Assembly (NCBI GenBank): GCA_013265495.1
Contig: MU057719.1
Coordinates: 210-64,000 of the forward strand
DNA: 63,791 nucleotides
Direction of reading: 5' to 3'
Source of the DNA: Vicugna vicugna
Taxonomy: Eukaryota
The notes beneath the pieces were generated by a model that saw only the letters and a list, made by a program, of their open reading frames with translations, had not been told where the DNA came from and did not search any database. Shown here piece by piece: positions 24,228 to 37,689 of the stretch (the first letter of the stretch is position 1; every line of letters starts with the position of its first letter). Made by a program: the position numbers and the translations under genes.

Positions 24228-27010
24228 CTGAAATGACAGAGGGGAGGTGGGGGGTCAGCCACGAGCAGGAGAGGCGCAGCCGAGGGCTAGGGGAACTGGG
24301 AGACCCCTCCCCGCCCGCACCACGACAACCTCTGACCCTCAGCAGGCGCCGAGGGACCAGCCCAGAAGCCAGGGCTGCAGGGGGCAGGACGCCCCACTTT
24401 GCTGACATGCACATCGAGCTCCGCAGAGCTGGGTCCTGGCCCAGTCCCTGCGAGCAGCCGCCTGGGCACACCCGCCCCCGGCTCACACTTAGTCGGTCCT
24501 CTCCTCCCGTGGCCCCGGCTGGCACGCGCCACGCAGCCCCTGGGCTCCTCAACAGCGCTTCTCGTCATTGTCACAGAAAACCCACCTCAACCCAAGCTGC
24601 AAGGCGGTGCGAGGTCCCCCACGGATGGAAGAAGCAGCCCTGCCCAGGGTGGCCTTGAGGAGCAGAGTGACCGACAGCTCTGGGGGCCTGCTACGTATCG
24701 GCCGGAGCGCCTGCCCCCACCGGGCACACTGTCTCATCCTCACCGATTAAATGTGATTCTCCCGTCACAGCTGACACGAAGAGCCAGCTTCCGCTTGCCC
24801 CCAGAAGACAGACAGCTACAGGGCAAGACGGGGCAGAACCAAGAGCGAGGGAGGGGCAGCCCCTGCGTCTCTTCTGGAAAGTTCCTGACCTCCATCCATG
24901 GCTCCCCAGAGAAGGGGAGCAGCCCCTGAGGACGGGGAGAGTCTGACATTCTGGGGAGCTCAACCGTTCCCCCTCCAAATGCCAAAGGTGGCCTTCACGG
25001 GACTGTGCACACCCCCTCATCGCGGAGACCCCAGGCCTCCAGCCCAGGACGACACAGGCTTGGGGGCCACACACCCACCGCCCTCAATCACAGCCGGCCT
25101 CGTGTGCAGAGTCCTGCCATGTCACTGCCAACAGGACGACCTGGGAGTCCAGGCAGAGAAAGTCGGTCAAGCGTGGAGTCAGAGCGCCCTGTCACTCCAT
25201 CGCAAAGCACGTCCCCTGTCCAGTTTCCTGCAAGGCACCCTGTCACCCAGATTCCAGAGCTCTGAGGTGCCCCGCCTCCAGCCGTGTCACTTCCACAGCC
25301 TGGCTTTGCTGCAGACCTCTGCCACTTTAATCAAGGGGCCAGAACATAGCGTGTGAGGGTTTCCCACCCCTGCAGAGGGAGGGGCGTGGGGGGACCCAAG
25401 ACACTTCCAGTGCAGGCTGGCATCCGCCTCCTTGTGGCCTACTTTTCCCGAGAGGTTCCAAGCTGCTACCCAGAGCCCCGCCCCCACACAGGGTGGTCAG
25501 CACCCCTCATCAGCGTCCTCCCCGAAGCGCTGGGCACTGGCGACCCCCCTACCGGCCCCCAGAGGCCTGGCTGGTGCCTGTCCACTTGACACCAGAAACA
25601 GATGCCGGCACAGCCCGGGGCCTGGACGCGGCCCGTGGGAAGGGGCGGCCGTGCCAGCTGCTGGCTCACCTGCCCTGGGGACGCAGCCGAGCTGTGGCTC
25701 ATCTTTGGGCTTCGTCTCTGAAGCCAGCTGGGCCAGGGGAGGCACCAGAGCCGCCGGCTGGGCGCCTGGGGCTCACGCCCAGCCGCCGCGATGCTCTCGC
25801 CAGACGCAGGCCTGCTTTCCCCATCGCCGGCGGGAGGGCCGGTCTCCAGAAGCCTTCCGGGCCATGTTCATGGCGCTCTGTGGCAACGAGCTGAAAGGCC
25901 ACTGACCTTCCCAGGCCCAGCGCCACCCCTCCCGCCGGCCAGGGGCTCCCTGCGCCAGGGCTAAAAACAGCAGTTTTGCTTTACAGAAGGTGTGGCGAGG
26001 GCCCGAGAGGCCTCTGGCGGCACAGCCTCCGTGGGCTCCTCCCGGGGCTGCCAGGCCTGCGCCCCCCACCGCCCTGCTTCGACGCAGGCTCAGGAGGAAT
26101 CGGGGTCTCAGCTCCTCTGTCCCAGGAACTCCGCTGGGAGACCGCCCCGGCGGTGGGGCTGAAGCCTGCGTCCCCCCACTACAGAGGTCTCGAGGTCACG
26201 TCCTCTCTCGAGGTCAGAGAAAGACGCTGTAGCGTCTGGACCCAGGCCTGGACCCAGCACAGTTGCCTGGACCCAGAGCCCGACACACGAGCCCCGCTCC
26301 CGGCTCCTCCCTGCGAGCGGAGAGCACCCCGGAACGTCGCGTGTCCGCCGAGTCAGGGAGAACAGACAAGGCACTGCCCGTGTGGCCTGCGCACCGACCA
26401 GCGGACCCTCGTGCCTGAGAGCCACGGCCGTGACCTGGCTGTGACCAGGGCTGCCCCAGTGGTGGGAGCAGAGCCCCCAGGAGTGCGGGCACCAGGCCAC
26501 GGCTCACCCATGCTCTTGCAGGGCCTTCCTGCTCCGTGGAGCCCGGGGAGCCGAAAACCACGTTTCCCAGATCCCTCTGCAGGAAGGGCTCAGGCGGCAG
26601 GGCGCGCTCCACACGCAGAGTGGAGCCGGAGCGTGAGGGGCCTGCAGGGTCTGCGCCCACGTGCCGGGGCCTGGGACCGGGCCGGGGGCCACTCCTGGTG
26701 ACCCCACCCCTCCAGCGCGGCCAGCGGCGGTGGGCCCCAATTCCTGCACTCAGTCTCCTTCCCCTGCGGCAGCCCCCTCCCTTTCTGCTTCTGCACCGAG
26801 CCTGCCTGGGACCGGGCAGATGACCAGGTGTTATACCTCCAGGCCTGTAAAGGAATGGACTCAGGGGAGGTCAGTTCTAAGGCAGAAAGGAGGCACCTGA
26901 GAAAGGATTTGGAAACACAAAGTTGAGTTCCAGGTGCCATGTGCCAAGATGGCAGCGTGAGGAGCCTGGACAGCAGAGGCACAAAGGCGGAGCTCAGATA
27001 TAGGAGGGCA

Positions 27011-27125
27011 GGATGGATGGATGGACAAACGGAGGGACAGATGGATGCACAGATGGCTGGATAGACGGATGGACGGATGGATGGATGGATGTTTGGATGG
27101 ACAGACAGACGGATGGATAGATGAG
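27011..27125. repeat. (TGGA)n-type simple repeat
   Basis: Degenerate GGAT/GGAC tandem tract. Confidence 0.9.
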
Positions 27126-30100
27126 TAACACCTACATCAATGGTGAATATCAAGAAGCAGATGCACCAGAGACAAATTTTACAACTGACCAGCTAAGTAG
27201 TCAAACATTTCAGCTGCCAATGGCAACGCCCCCACCAACCCCACGAGGACGACCTCCCTGCCTCCTGCAAAAGGCGTTTCCACAACCAGCCCTGAAAGCC
27301 AGCTGTTCTGTGCTCCTCTGGACACAGGATAACAATACTGGAGCGCCCCAGCAGCCGGGGTCCCATCGGCCCTCACTTCACAGCGGCAGGACACGAGACG
27401 CCAAAGTAGCCATCCAGAATGACCGCAGTGCGCCACGTGCCCAGGGCAGCCATGGACTTGACCACAGTGGGCCCCTGTGACCCAGTGTGTGGAACCAGAG
27501 ATGGCAGGACTAAAACCGTGCCAGTGAGCCTGGGAAGCCAGCACACAGCCCTGCTGAGAAGGCTCCAGCTTGGGGACACGGCCGGGCAGCATCGCTGCGC
27601 CTGCCCAATGCCCCACTCCCCTCCCCGGAACCAGCAGAGATGTGGGGGCTGGCGCGGGCAGCCAGCACCTAGGAGGGCAGATGGAATTAGGCAATTGCTT
27701 TCAGCAGGAATTTAAATTGGCGGTCAGCTGGCCTGGGAACACCGCTCCAGAGGTGCTCAGATCAAAGAAGGGGCCCCCGGGGGTGGGGTGCCAGCGTCCC
27801 CAGGCTTCAGGGCCCATCTCTGACTCAGCAGCCCCTGCTTGGCAGCTGGAGCCCCTCACGGAAGGAAGCACCTCTGCCGACAATGTCTGCTCTCAGGAGG
27901 GGATGGAGGAGGGGAAGCAGGGCGAGGGCCTGGGGTCACCACCCTGAGCTGCAATGGAATCAGGATGCTGCTGACCAAGGCCGCCAGGGCGCTCTCGCCA
28001 AGTGCTGACGTCAGCGCCTCATCTCCCCAGCCCTTCCCAGCCCTCCGAGACCGGTGCGGGGCCTTCAGAACAGAAGTGACCCAGCCACAGACCCGCCTGA
28101 GCCCCGAGGTCCCGGCGGGGGCACCAGGCAGCAGCAGGACGCGGGGCTGCGCCGCCAGTGCGGGCGGGGCTTGGTCGTCAGCGGTGCGGGAGCTGTGCAC
28201 ACGCCGGGCACTCAGCCACGTTTGCTGAGTGACTGAGTGAGGGAACCACAGCTCTCACACACGCCAGGTGGCAGGGGCAGGTCGGCAACGGCAACAGCAC
28301 AACTCCTACCTCACCTCGGCGCCTGCCCTACGGTCACGGTACCACACCGGGCTTAAGCAGCTGTAGGCAGGGGACACACGGCCGTTCCACCTGCTGGGGA
28401 GGGACGGGGCCGAGGACCCGAGGGTCAGGGCCTGCACGAGGCGCTCTGGGCTGGCATCCACTCTCGCTCGAATTCCACTTCCGTTTTTGCCTTTCACCAA
28501 ACCAGCTACAAACGTCCTTAAATACTTGCTGTTGGTGAAGCCCGCCCGGAGGCCCAGGGCGGCCCTGCGCGGGCTGTGTCTGCTCACTGCCCCCACCCTA
28601 GGGGCCCCGGCAGGACTCTGAGCTTCACCAGCACCTGCTCACCACGCGCCTTTGGATCCCACTCGTGACGGAGTCCCATCGGAGGTGGCCTCTTCTTCCA
28701 GCCCCCGAGCCCCGCCCATGGTCACCTGGACGGCCCCCCACCTGCCGTCGCTGGTCCAGAGGGCCCTGTGACACATGCACAGCACGCTCGGGTTCCAGGC
28801 AGCACCGCGGGGTGAAGCAAGGCAGGTGGCCGAGCCCCCAGCGCCCAGCAGGGACAACGCCGACCCCTGCGGGGGCCCCGCAGGCCTCCTGGCCCTGGGG
28901 CGTGGGATTCCGTCCCCCCAGGGCCGCCTCCCGGCGTTGCCGCGCCGAGCCCTCCGACGCCCAGCCCAGGGCCGAGTCCCGCCAGGGTCTGGGGGCGCCT
29001 GGAGCAGAGGGAGCGGACGGGCGCTCCGGGGAGCCGGCAGTGGGGGGAGCGGAGGGAAGGTTTTGGCTCACGCCAGGGTCAACACCCTCGGTTCAAGAGA
29101 AACCGGAAGTGCCCTCCCAACACCCACCAAGCCCAAAGCCTTCGGACGCCTCACGACTGCATGAGTTGGAGCCAGGAGGGTCGCTAGTAACAGCTGGCTG
29201 GCAGCCTTTACTGGGAAAGCAGAGCCGCAGGGAGGAGGGGGTGACCACCCGGGATCACACGGCCCCGGTGCAGAGCCGCCCGCAGCTTCTGATCCACCCC
29301 AGTCCCGAGCTTCCTTCCCCTCAGCAAAAGCAGATGCAACACTGGGCCAGTGGTGGCCCTTAAACTGCAGCCCCCGACCCTCCCCACCCTGCTGTGTCAG
29401 CCTTCTCTAAGTGTAAACACAGCTAATTCCCTGGGTAAGAGGGGTCTGCCTTCCTGGGCTGCGAACCTCAGGAGGGCAGGGGCCCAGGCTGCAGTGTCCC
29501 TGCTGAACCCCCGGCACCCCGTGGACACCCGCAGTCACTGCCACCAAATGGCACATCTGCCCCGTGCTTGCAGGGCGCATGGCGCAGACCCCTGGAAGCA
29601 CGCCTGCGCTTCCCACTGCCCCTCCTGGTTTCCACCTCGCGCTTCCAGGAGTGAAGAGAGGCAGGGCTCTCACAGGAGCAAGGGGCAGACGGCGAGGGGG
29701 GCGGGGAGCACGGAGGCTCCCCTGGCCCCGGCTGAGGCCTCCCACCCTGGCACCATCCCTCCCCGCCAAGCACACGCACGAAGCCCGTGACCCCCCCCTC
29801 CCAGAGGGCAGCCCAGCAGGCTGCAAAACAAACAGGCCGCTTGGGAGGCTCCGACTGAAATTCCTCTCCAGTGACCCAGCCTCGGAACAAAGCGCTGGGG
29901 CCGGGGTGGAAAATGTGTGCCGCCCTCCTCCCACCCTGGACCCTCCCCGCTGCTGCTCACCCAGGGCTGTCACGGGGTGCAGGTGACCTCAGGGCAAGTC
30001 CTCAGGCTCACAGGCTTCTGTGCCTCCGAAAGCCACTGCCCTGAACTCTCATCGGTGCCTCCCTCCCCGAGAGCTTCCGACCCCTCTGCCCAACACCCAG

Positions 30101-31399
30101 GCCGCCCTTCACCCCAGCTCTCCGACCCCAGTCCTGCCCAGGGGTTCCGGCTCTCCCCGGACACCCCCTCACCAATGCCCCGCGTTACAGGGTCCCCGAG
30201 AACAGCGCCCCGGGGTGGGGTGCCAGGCAGCGCGCCCGCCCTGCGCTGGGGCTGGAAGGCTGGATGCAGGGACGAGCCTGAGGTGCCTGCTCGGGAGGAG
30301 CCCCCGGCCTCTGCCTGAACCCCGCCCACCTCTGCACCACCCTGACCTCCTGTCAGTCTCAATGCTTCCTGGGGACAAGGAATGGCCACAGTGAGCCCAG
30401 GTCGGGCCCGCGGTGCTCGGTGACACTGCTGTCACTCGCCTCTGGCCCATTTTCCCGTTTCTGAAGAAGGGCTGAGGACCCAGCAATGCAGCTTCCGCAG
30501 AGATTTTTACCAAAGGAGGCGACACTGTCTCACGTAAGCCTCCGTCTCCCAGACCAGCTGTCCACCCAACCCCTGCACCCCAGGGGCAATGCAGAGCTCC
30601 AGGGTTCAGGCGTAGCGGACGTGGCTGATTCCAAACCCCCTCGGGAGCCCTGTGGCCCTGGGCAAAGTGGGCTCCATACGGAACCGTCACTGTCTATGAA
30701 AAGGAAGGGACACCCTGCAAGGAGGAAGCCCCGGGACGGGACGGGGGCTGCACAAGTCTGGGGCACGGCTGGCGGGCGGCAACGGCAGCTCACCTGCACC
30801 GAGCCTCGGGGAGGGCGCCCACTGCGCCCACACACCCTGGGCTGTCTGCCTGACTACCCCCCCACACACTCACCCAGACACCTCACAAAGCAGACTCCTT
30901 CCTCTGTCGATGAGGAATCTCAGGCTGAGAGAGTTTAGGTGAGTCGCCCAAGGCCCTACTGAGATACAAACAGCTGTCTGGCCTCAGCGTCCCCCCTCCT
31001 CCCCGACACGAGGAGGAGAAGGCAGGAAGCTCCCCGAGATCCCACCAGGCACCCAGCTGCAGAGCTCACCCTCCTTCCAGGGAGTGACGAGGAGAGTGCA
31101 CGGAGGCAGAGGGAGGTCACCGCAGGGCAGAGGGGAACTGCTCCGTCTGGAGGTTCAGGACCTCAGGAAGGCCTGGGGGGAGGAGATCCTCAGCCTCTGA
31201 GCCAAGAGACTAGGGAGACTCTCAAAGCACCGGGTAAGTGGGAGAGTGACAGAGCAGAGGATGCCTCACCTCTCTTACTTCCCACACAGACTGATCTAAA
31301 CGTCAACTGAGAAAGCGTCCTGGAGACACAGTCTTCTCGTTTTCACTATGTCTCTTCAAAGTACCACATGAGATGCTCAGCAAACCCTCACTGAAGGAT

Positions 31400-31779
31400 G
31401 GACACATGGGCACAGGGATGAAGAGAATGGAAGAACAGAGAGATGGATGGAAGGATGGACGGACAAATGAATAGATGGATGGATGGATGCATGGAGAAAG
31501 ATGGATGGATGGATGGAGAAGAATGGATGGATGGATGGAGAAGGATGGATGGGTGGGAGGATGGATAGACAGACAGATGAATGGATGGATGGAAAGGTGG
31601 ATGGATGATTGAACAGATAGAAGAAAGGATAGAAGGATAGAGATGATTAATGGGAGGGTGAACGAAAGGAAGGATGGATGAAGAATGATTCCATGGATGG
31701 TTGGATGCATGAATGGAAGAATGGATGGACAGATGGATGATTGGATGGTTGGATGGATGGATGGGTGGATGTGAGGATG
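31400..31779. repeat. (TGGA)n-type simple repeat running into an assembly gap
   Basis: Degenerate GGAT/GAAT/AGAT tract preceded by an L2-like end (GAGATGCTCAGCAAACCCTCACTGAAGGATGG). Confidence 0.9.
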
Positions 31780-31941
31780 NNNNNNNNNNNNNNNNNNNNN
31801 NNNNNNNNNNNNNNNNNNNNNNNNNNNNNNNNNNNNNNNNNNNNNNNNNNNNNNNNNNNNNNNNNNNNNNNNNNNNNNNNNNNNNNNNNNNNNNNNNNNN
31901 NNNNNNNNNNNNNNNNNNNNNNNNNNNNNNNNNNNNNNNNN
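31780..31941. other. Assembly gap (162 N)
   Basis: Run of N directly after the TGGA tract. Confidence 1.
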
Positions 31942-34329
31942 GGAATGCTATATCTTGAAGATTTAGTTGATGAACTTTAATTTCCCAAAGACTTTAGATG
32001 CCTACTCTTCTCCCGACCACTCCCCTGCCCTGGGTGGCCCTCCTCTCCCTTCTGGGCCAGAGGTGAAGGCCGGTGCAATGCCTGTGTCTTATTCCACAGC
32101 AGAAGCAAAGTGCATTCTGGCCCCACGCCTCAGCGAAGGGCCTGCCTGGGGGTCACCTGTGGTGTGTGCTCGATGGCCCAGATGTGCTCAGTGTTCCAGG
32201 CCCTCCAGGGAGTGAGGCAGTGCAGAAGGGACCCCAGGCCCTGCCGCCCAGCCCCCACCACCGCAGGGGGCTGGGAAAAGGTGCCAGATCTGGGAACTGA
32301 AACCACTGTTGACCATCCCTCTTCATCCTCTCCCAGCCTGACAACTCTCCTTTCCTGGCCCAAAAGTTAAGAGCTCCGAGCAGCTTTTGATGGATGCTGG
32401 TGGGAAATTTTATGGCGAAATTTCAGCGGGTGGGGGCGCCACCTGCTTATGAACACAATGTCACCAAGGAGGGGCCTCCAGGAGGCAATTCCCTCATCCA
32501 TGCGTTCAGACATGGGACTTGGTCTGAAACTTGCTCCCCGGGCTGTGACCATTCGTCTTCCCCTTCTCGGCGAGGCTGACCCTAGTGTCCGGACACCCGG
32601 CACCCCCACATCAGCTCACTGTGAGCCCAGATGCCGGCCGTGTCTCTGCTGGGTTCCAACCACCCAGCCAGAGGCACCTACGATCCAGCCTGGCCACCCC
32701 TCCAAACACACGCCGGCACTTGGAAGTAAGTCACGCTGCCCACGGGGCTCGCACGGGGGACAGGTGACTGCAGAGCACCTGGGAAGGAGCCACGCAGCAG
32801 GGGATGGGAGGGGCTGACAGAGCCCCACTGGGTGGTCTGGGCCACGTGAGGAGCCTCGTGGTCCGGGCCCGGGCGCTCCAGCACCCGGCAGGGCAACACC
32901 GGGATGTCCCGGCGGGTGGAGCTGGGCCACGGAGAGGAGGCTCGTTCCCGCAGCCAGCAGGAAGACAGGAGACACTAAGGCTCTACTCTGAGAACTGGGA
33001 GGAAATGTCACAGCCAAGGAACAAGAGGAACCTTCCACCTGACCCCTGAGAAGTAAGGATGTGTCCGGCTTCTCCCTGCATCCACGCGGCACCTCCTTCC
33101 TCTTGCCATCCCTGCTTCCCTCTGTTTTTACGAAAACACACGAACATGTATGTCCCTCTCCCCTGCCATCCGTCAAGGAGCAGAACAGACGTGGCCGTGG
33201 TCATCAGTCCCGCATCCAGCTGCCGAAGACGGCGCAGGGCAGAGCGGGCGGGCGCTAGCAGGGGCCGGCCCCAGAGCCGAGCCCGCTGGCGTGACGGGGA
33301 ACCAGGTGATTCGGGCAGCTCCCTTGGAGATAACGGATCACCTCGTTCTGGAGAAGAGAGTGGGTTCGGCACCAGGCACCAGACTCCGCGCACTGGGGTT
33401 GCCGGCTTGGGCGGGGAGGCTCCGCACGGCCCCACCTGCTCCCAGGAGGCCCGGGGGTAGGGGTGGCGCCGTGAGGCCAGCTGGGGTCACACTGGCAGAG
33501 GGCCCTCTGCATCCAGGGCCTCGCCCAGGCCCGGCACCCAGGGAGCTGAGCTAGGGAGCTACGCGGGCCAATCACAAAACAGCCCCAGCTGCCATCAGAC
33601 CCCCAGGCGGCACCTGGAAAGGGGCCGGCAGCACCAGCCACTGAGCCGGCCGGGCTGCCCGGGCTCCGTCCACCCAGCAAGGCTCTACAAGGCCTGCGGC
33701 ACCCCGCGCGGCGCAGGCCACGCCGCTTCTGACTCACCGCCGTCCCTGCGAGGCCAGGCGGGGCCCCGGCCGCACTGACCTGCGCGTTTGCTGCTGGGCA
33801 GCACCCCCTTCCCCCTGGAGGACCCTGGGCTCCCCGCAGGGGTTAGCGGGGTCCTCGGGACCCAGGACTACAGGCGGTGACATGTGCGATGGAGACACTG
33901 CCAGCACACCCCAAACCCGCAGTGGCTCCCCCACCCTGGGCCTCGGTTTCCTGCCATCAGCGGGGCAGAGTAACAGGCTCTGCCTCTCCTGGGAAGCCGG
34001 GAATGGCAGCGGGAGCCAGTGGCACTGAACCGCAGGTCTCGGCGCCTTCCCTCCCTCAAGAGCTACGATGACAAGTCAAAGTGGTGTCGCCAGGAGCCCC
34101 TTCACTTAACGAGGCTGGAGGCGAACACGAGGCCACCACACGCGGGGAGGGCCACGCCGCCTCGGGGTCACTCCAGCTGCCCCCGCAGCCTGGACTGGCA
34201 GGAGGCGCTTCTGCGGCCCTGCCGTCTCCCGGCGGTGAGCCCCTGAGAGGACGACAGTGTCCCCTTCGTCACAGCGGAGGAGAGCGCTGAGCCTGGAGCA
34301 GACGCTCCGTGCAGTGAGCAAAGACAGGC

Positions 34330-34930
34330 CCCCCCCAGCACGGAACCAAGCAGCGCGCAAAGGGGTGTGCGTCCTGGGCATTCAAGTTAAACGCCAGAGG
34401 GAGAGAAGCCTTGGGCGGGGGGCAGTTCTGCAGCATCTCAGCCTGGACGGCATTAACCTGGCAACCCCCTCCCCCCGGGGCTACATCCCGCAGAGAGGCT
34501 GGAATAGGTTCGGGGACGCCCAAGGCAGTGCCGCCTGTAACAGCAAAGAACTGGAAACCGGGTAAGTGCCCATCAGTCAGGAGCGGGCTCAAGGAACAAG
34601 GCTCGTCTGCGACACACTCTGCAGGGGCTGCAGGAGGGGGCTGGTCTAGGTGGCCTGACACTGAAAGGCAGCCGAGACGTGGCATTAGGGAAAAGACCGA
34701 GTCACAGAGCAGTCACACAGCACCGTCCCGTGTGCGCCAAAATAAACCGGAGATGGCTGTGCCACCTGAGAGCATGCCAGGTAAATGCGCCCAGCGCGAG
34801 ACCAGCCCGCCAGCGGGGGGCCCCTTGGGCAAGGGGCTGGTGGCAGAGGGACGAGGGGGGTCTACTCACCTCTGCCCACCTCCACTTCTGAAAAATGCTG
34901 TAAGGATACACCCACATAGAACTTGCAAAA
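34330..34930 (+). mobile_element. Old L1 (L1M-type) 3' fragment, strongly diverged
   Basis: GCAGTGCCGCCTGTAACAGCAAAGAACTGGAAAC...AAGTGCCCATCAG resembles the conserved L1 3' region as recalled. Confidence 0.55.
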
Positions 34931-34933
34931 TGT

Positions 34934-35033
34934 GGGGGTGGCAGGTACAGCTCACTGGTAGAGCGTGTGCTTGGCATGCACGGGGTCCTGGGTTCAATCC
35001 CCAGGGCCTCCGCTAAGGGAGGTTAAAAAAAAA
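34934..35033 (+). mobile_element. tRNA-derived SINE (camelid type, Vic-1-like)
   Basis: A-box-like TACAGCTCACTGGTAGAGC, B-box GGTTCAATCC, A-rich tail. Confidence 0.85.
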
Positions 35034-35114
35034 GAGAGAGAAAACCAAGTATCATAATGCTAAAAAAATCTTGCATAATTTTATTAACAAAAAAATACCA
35101 AAACACTTTTTCAG

Positions 35115-35592
35115 CGTGGCAGTTTTAAAATGGCCGCAAGCACTTTAGCATAAGGGCCCATGAAGAGGCGGGCTCTGCGGCGGCAGGGATGCGCACAGGC
35201 TTCTGTGTCTGGGCTTTAAGAAGCTGGTACGGTCGAGCCCTGTGCCTGGGGTACCCTTTCTGAGAACCCGACACCACGCTGTGAGGAAGCCAACCAGCCC
35301 CCTGGGGGGGCGCCACGCAGAGAAACCCAGGCCTCCAGCCAACAGCCCCGGCCAAGCGCCCAGCCAACAGCCAGGACCCACGCACCGGCCGTGTGGGAAA
35401 ACCGCCCTCGAAGTGGACCCTCCAGCCCCAGCCGCGCCGCTCAGTCTGACATCACGGAAGCAGACAAACGGGCTCCGCCAGGCCCCGGCCCAGAAGCACA
35501 GGCACCCGCGAGCTAAGGCTGCTGCGGTGAAAGGCTGCTTGGTCTTCAGACGCGAGGTTTGGGTGGTTGTCACACGGCGATAGATGACCACA
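35115..35592 (+). mobile_element. MaLR solo LTR (MLT1 family)
   Basis: Starts (C)GTGGCAGTTTTAAAATGGCCGCAA, contains GCTGTGAGGAAGCC, ends GATAGATGACCACA; typical MLT1 layout and length. Confidence 0.7.
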
Positions 35593-35739
35593 AACTCCAG
35601 CAAGTGATAACGGGAGATGCTTGTGATCATAAAGAGGAGACTCTCGTAACTGAGGAAAGGGGAGCAAACAAGCAAATAATGTGCTATGTCACTAGCAGTT
35701 CAACAAATCGAGGTAAATGGAGCCTCCTTTGTCTCCCAT

Positions 35740-37650
35740 CCAGCTGGCCAGGTGGTGGGGAGAGGGACAGGAGGGGACTTTCACGTCCCTCTCCCCAGCC
35801 ACCGGCCTCTGGCAACTGCTGGTCTCTTTTCTGTTTCTCTAGTTCTGCCTCTTCTCGAATGCCACGTGAGTAGAGCCGGATCACACAGAGCCTTTCACGT
35901 CTGCTTTTTCACGTAACACAACGCTTCCGTGCCCAGGCAGTTTCCTGGATTCATGCCTCTTGCCGCCCAGCAGGAGCCCACTGAATGGGCGTGCCACAGT
36001 CTGTTCATCCGTCCCCAGCGGGTGGACCCTTGGGTCACCCCCAGGTTGGCGGGACAAAGCGGCATGTGAACATTCACCCGTATGTCTGTCTACGCACACG
36101 TTTTCACTTCCCTCGGGCAGATCCCAAGGAGTGTGAATGCTGTGTCCTCTGCAAAGTGTACGATTAACTGTGTGGAAACCTGCCAAACTGTCTCCCAAAG
36201 TGGCCGCACCAGTTCGCGTTCCCGCCCCTGACGGAGGACAGCTTCCCTGAGTCCTCGCCGAGACTCCTGGGTGTGATGGCTCTCCTTGCGGCTTTAATTT
36301 GTGTTCCCTGCTGAGGACAGTTGCCCAGCATCTCCCTACACGTGCATTGGCCACTCACACAGCTTACTTGGTGACATGTCTGTTCAACTCTTTTCCCAGA
36401 TTTAACTTGGGTCACCTGCCTTCTCACTTTGAGTTATAATATTCTTCTGTATGTTCCAGAAGTAAGTGTTTAAACGAGATGTGTCTTACTAATCCTTTGT
36501 CCCAATCTGTGGCTTGCCTGTTTTCTTAACAGCGTGTTTTGGAGAGCAGAAGCTTTGAACGTGATGAAATCCAATCTATCCATTGTCCTATGGCTCATGT
36601 TTCTTGTGGATTTTGTAGGAAATTTTTGCCCAATTCAAGGTCATAAAATGGTGATCTCCTTTATACTAGTAATGCTCACCTTTGGGTCTATGATACCTCC
36701 TATTTTTCACATATGATTAAGAAGCAAATTTTTTATTTTTGCTAATGGATGTCTCAGTGTTCCAGCACCATTCATGGGTAAAAACTATTTTCACCATTGA
36801 ATTTTCTTAGTGCTTTTGCCAAACATCAAACGATCATATATGTGCGAGTCTACGCTGTTCCATTGGTCTACATGCCTATCCTTCCATCAACCCCATAACA
36901 CCTTGATCACTGTAGCTTTATCGTAAGTCCTAAAATCACAGACTATGAGGCCTCCAATACTCATTGTTTTGGTTTGGTTATTTTAAGTCCTTTGCATTTT
37001 CAGAAAAATTTCAGAGTCATCTTGTCAATATATTTCTTAAAAACGCATGCTAGGATTTTAAATGGTATTGCATTGAATCTGGAGAAAATGGTATCTTAAC
37101 AATGCTAAACCTTTTTGTCCATGAGAATGGTATATCTGTCCAGTTCTTCACATCTTCTTTAATATCTCTAAGTTATGTTTTGTCACTTTCAGTGCACAGG
37201 TATTTTGTCAAATGCATCTCTAAGTATTTCATATTTTTGCTGGTCCTGTAACGGCTATTTACGTTTCTATTTCTAATTGTTCATTTCTACTATCTAGACA
37301 GAGAACTGATTTTTGCATGTTGGTTTTGATTCCTTTGACCATGCTAAACATACCCATTAGTTCTAGAAACTTTTGTGTAAATTTCCTAGTATGTTTAACA
37401 TAGAAATCATGTGCTCTTCAAATAAAGACAGTTTTATTTCTTCCTTTCCAATTACATGCCTTTTGGTTCCTTTTCTTGCCTTATTGCACTGGCTAGCATC
37501 GCCACACAATGTTGAATAGGCGTAGTAAGAGCAGATATTTTTGCTTTTTTCCCTAACCTTCAGCGGGAAATGCACTCTGTATGTAGATTTTACAAAGACA
37601 TCCTTTATCAGATGGAGGAAGTTCCCTTTTAGTCCCCATTTACAGGGATT
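35740..37650 (-). mobile_element. Old 5'-truncated, internally deleted L1 (ORF2 remnant plus 3' end)
   Basis: AT-rich. The minus ORF 37363-37575 contains IGKEEIKLSLFEEHMI, a decayed form of the L1 RT motif IGKEEVKLSLFADDMI. Typical L1 3' region at 35900-36300. Confidence 0.88.
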
Positions 37651-37689
37651 TGCTCCTCATATTTTTAGTTTAAAACAATTACACAGTAG

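Noticed and set aside
23935-24552. 205-aa minus ORF as a long COL5A1 exon (likewise 18089-18517 and 16887-17093)
   Set aside because: Only the parts bounded by AG/GT sites match collagen V; the flanks are intronic read-through.
30794-30924. Another possible sense-strand pseudoexon (acceptor CTCTCTCAG at 30925; donors at 30873 or 30793)
   Set aside because: Very short pyrimidine tract and two competing donors; within what is expected by chance in a long intron.
34934-35033. tRNA genes at the four A-box/B-box elements
   Set aside because: They lack a complete cloverleaf, have A-rich tails (one with a TSD) and are mutually diverged copies, so they are SINEs.
37363-37575. Functional reverse transcriptase gene
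   Set aside because: A short decayed L1 ORF2 remnant; the catalytic FADD motif reads FEEH and the frame is disrupted.
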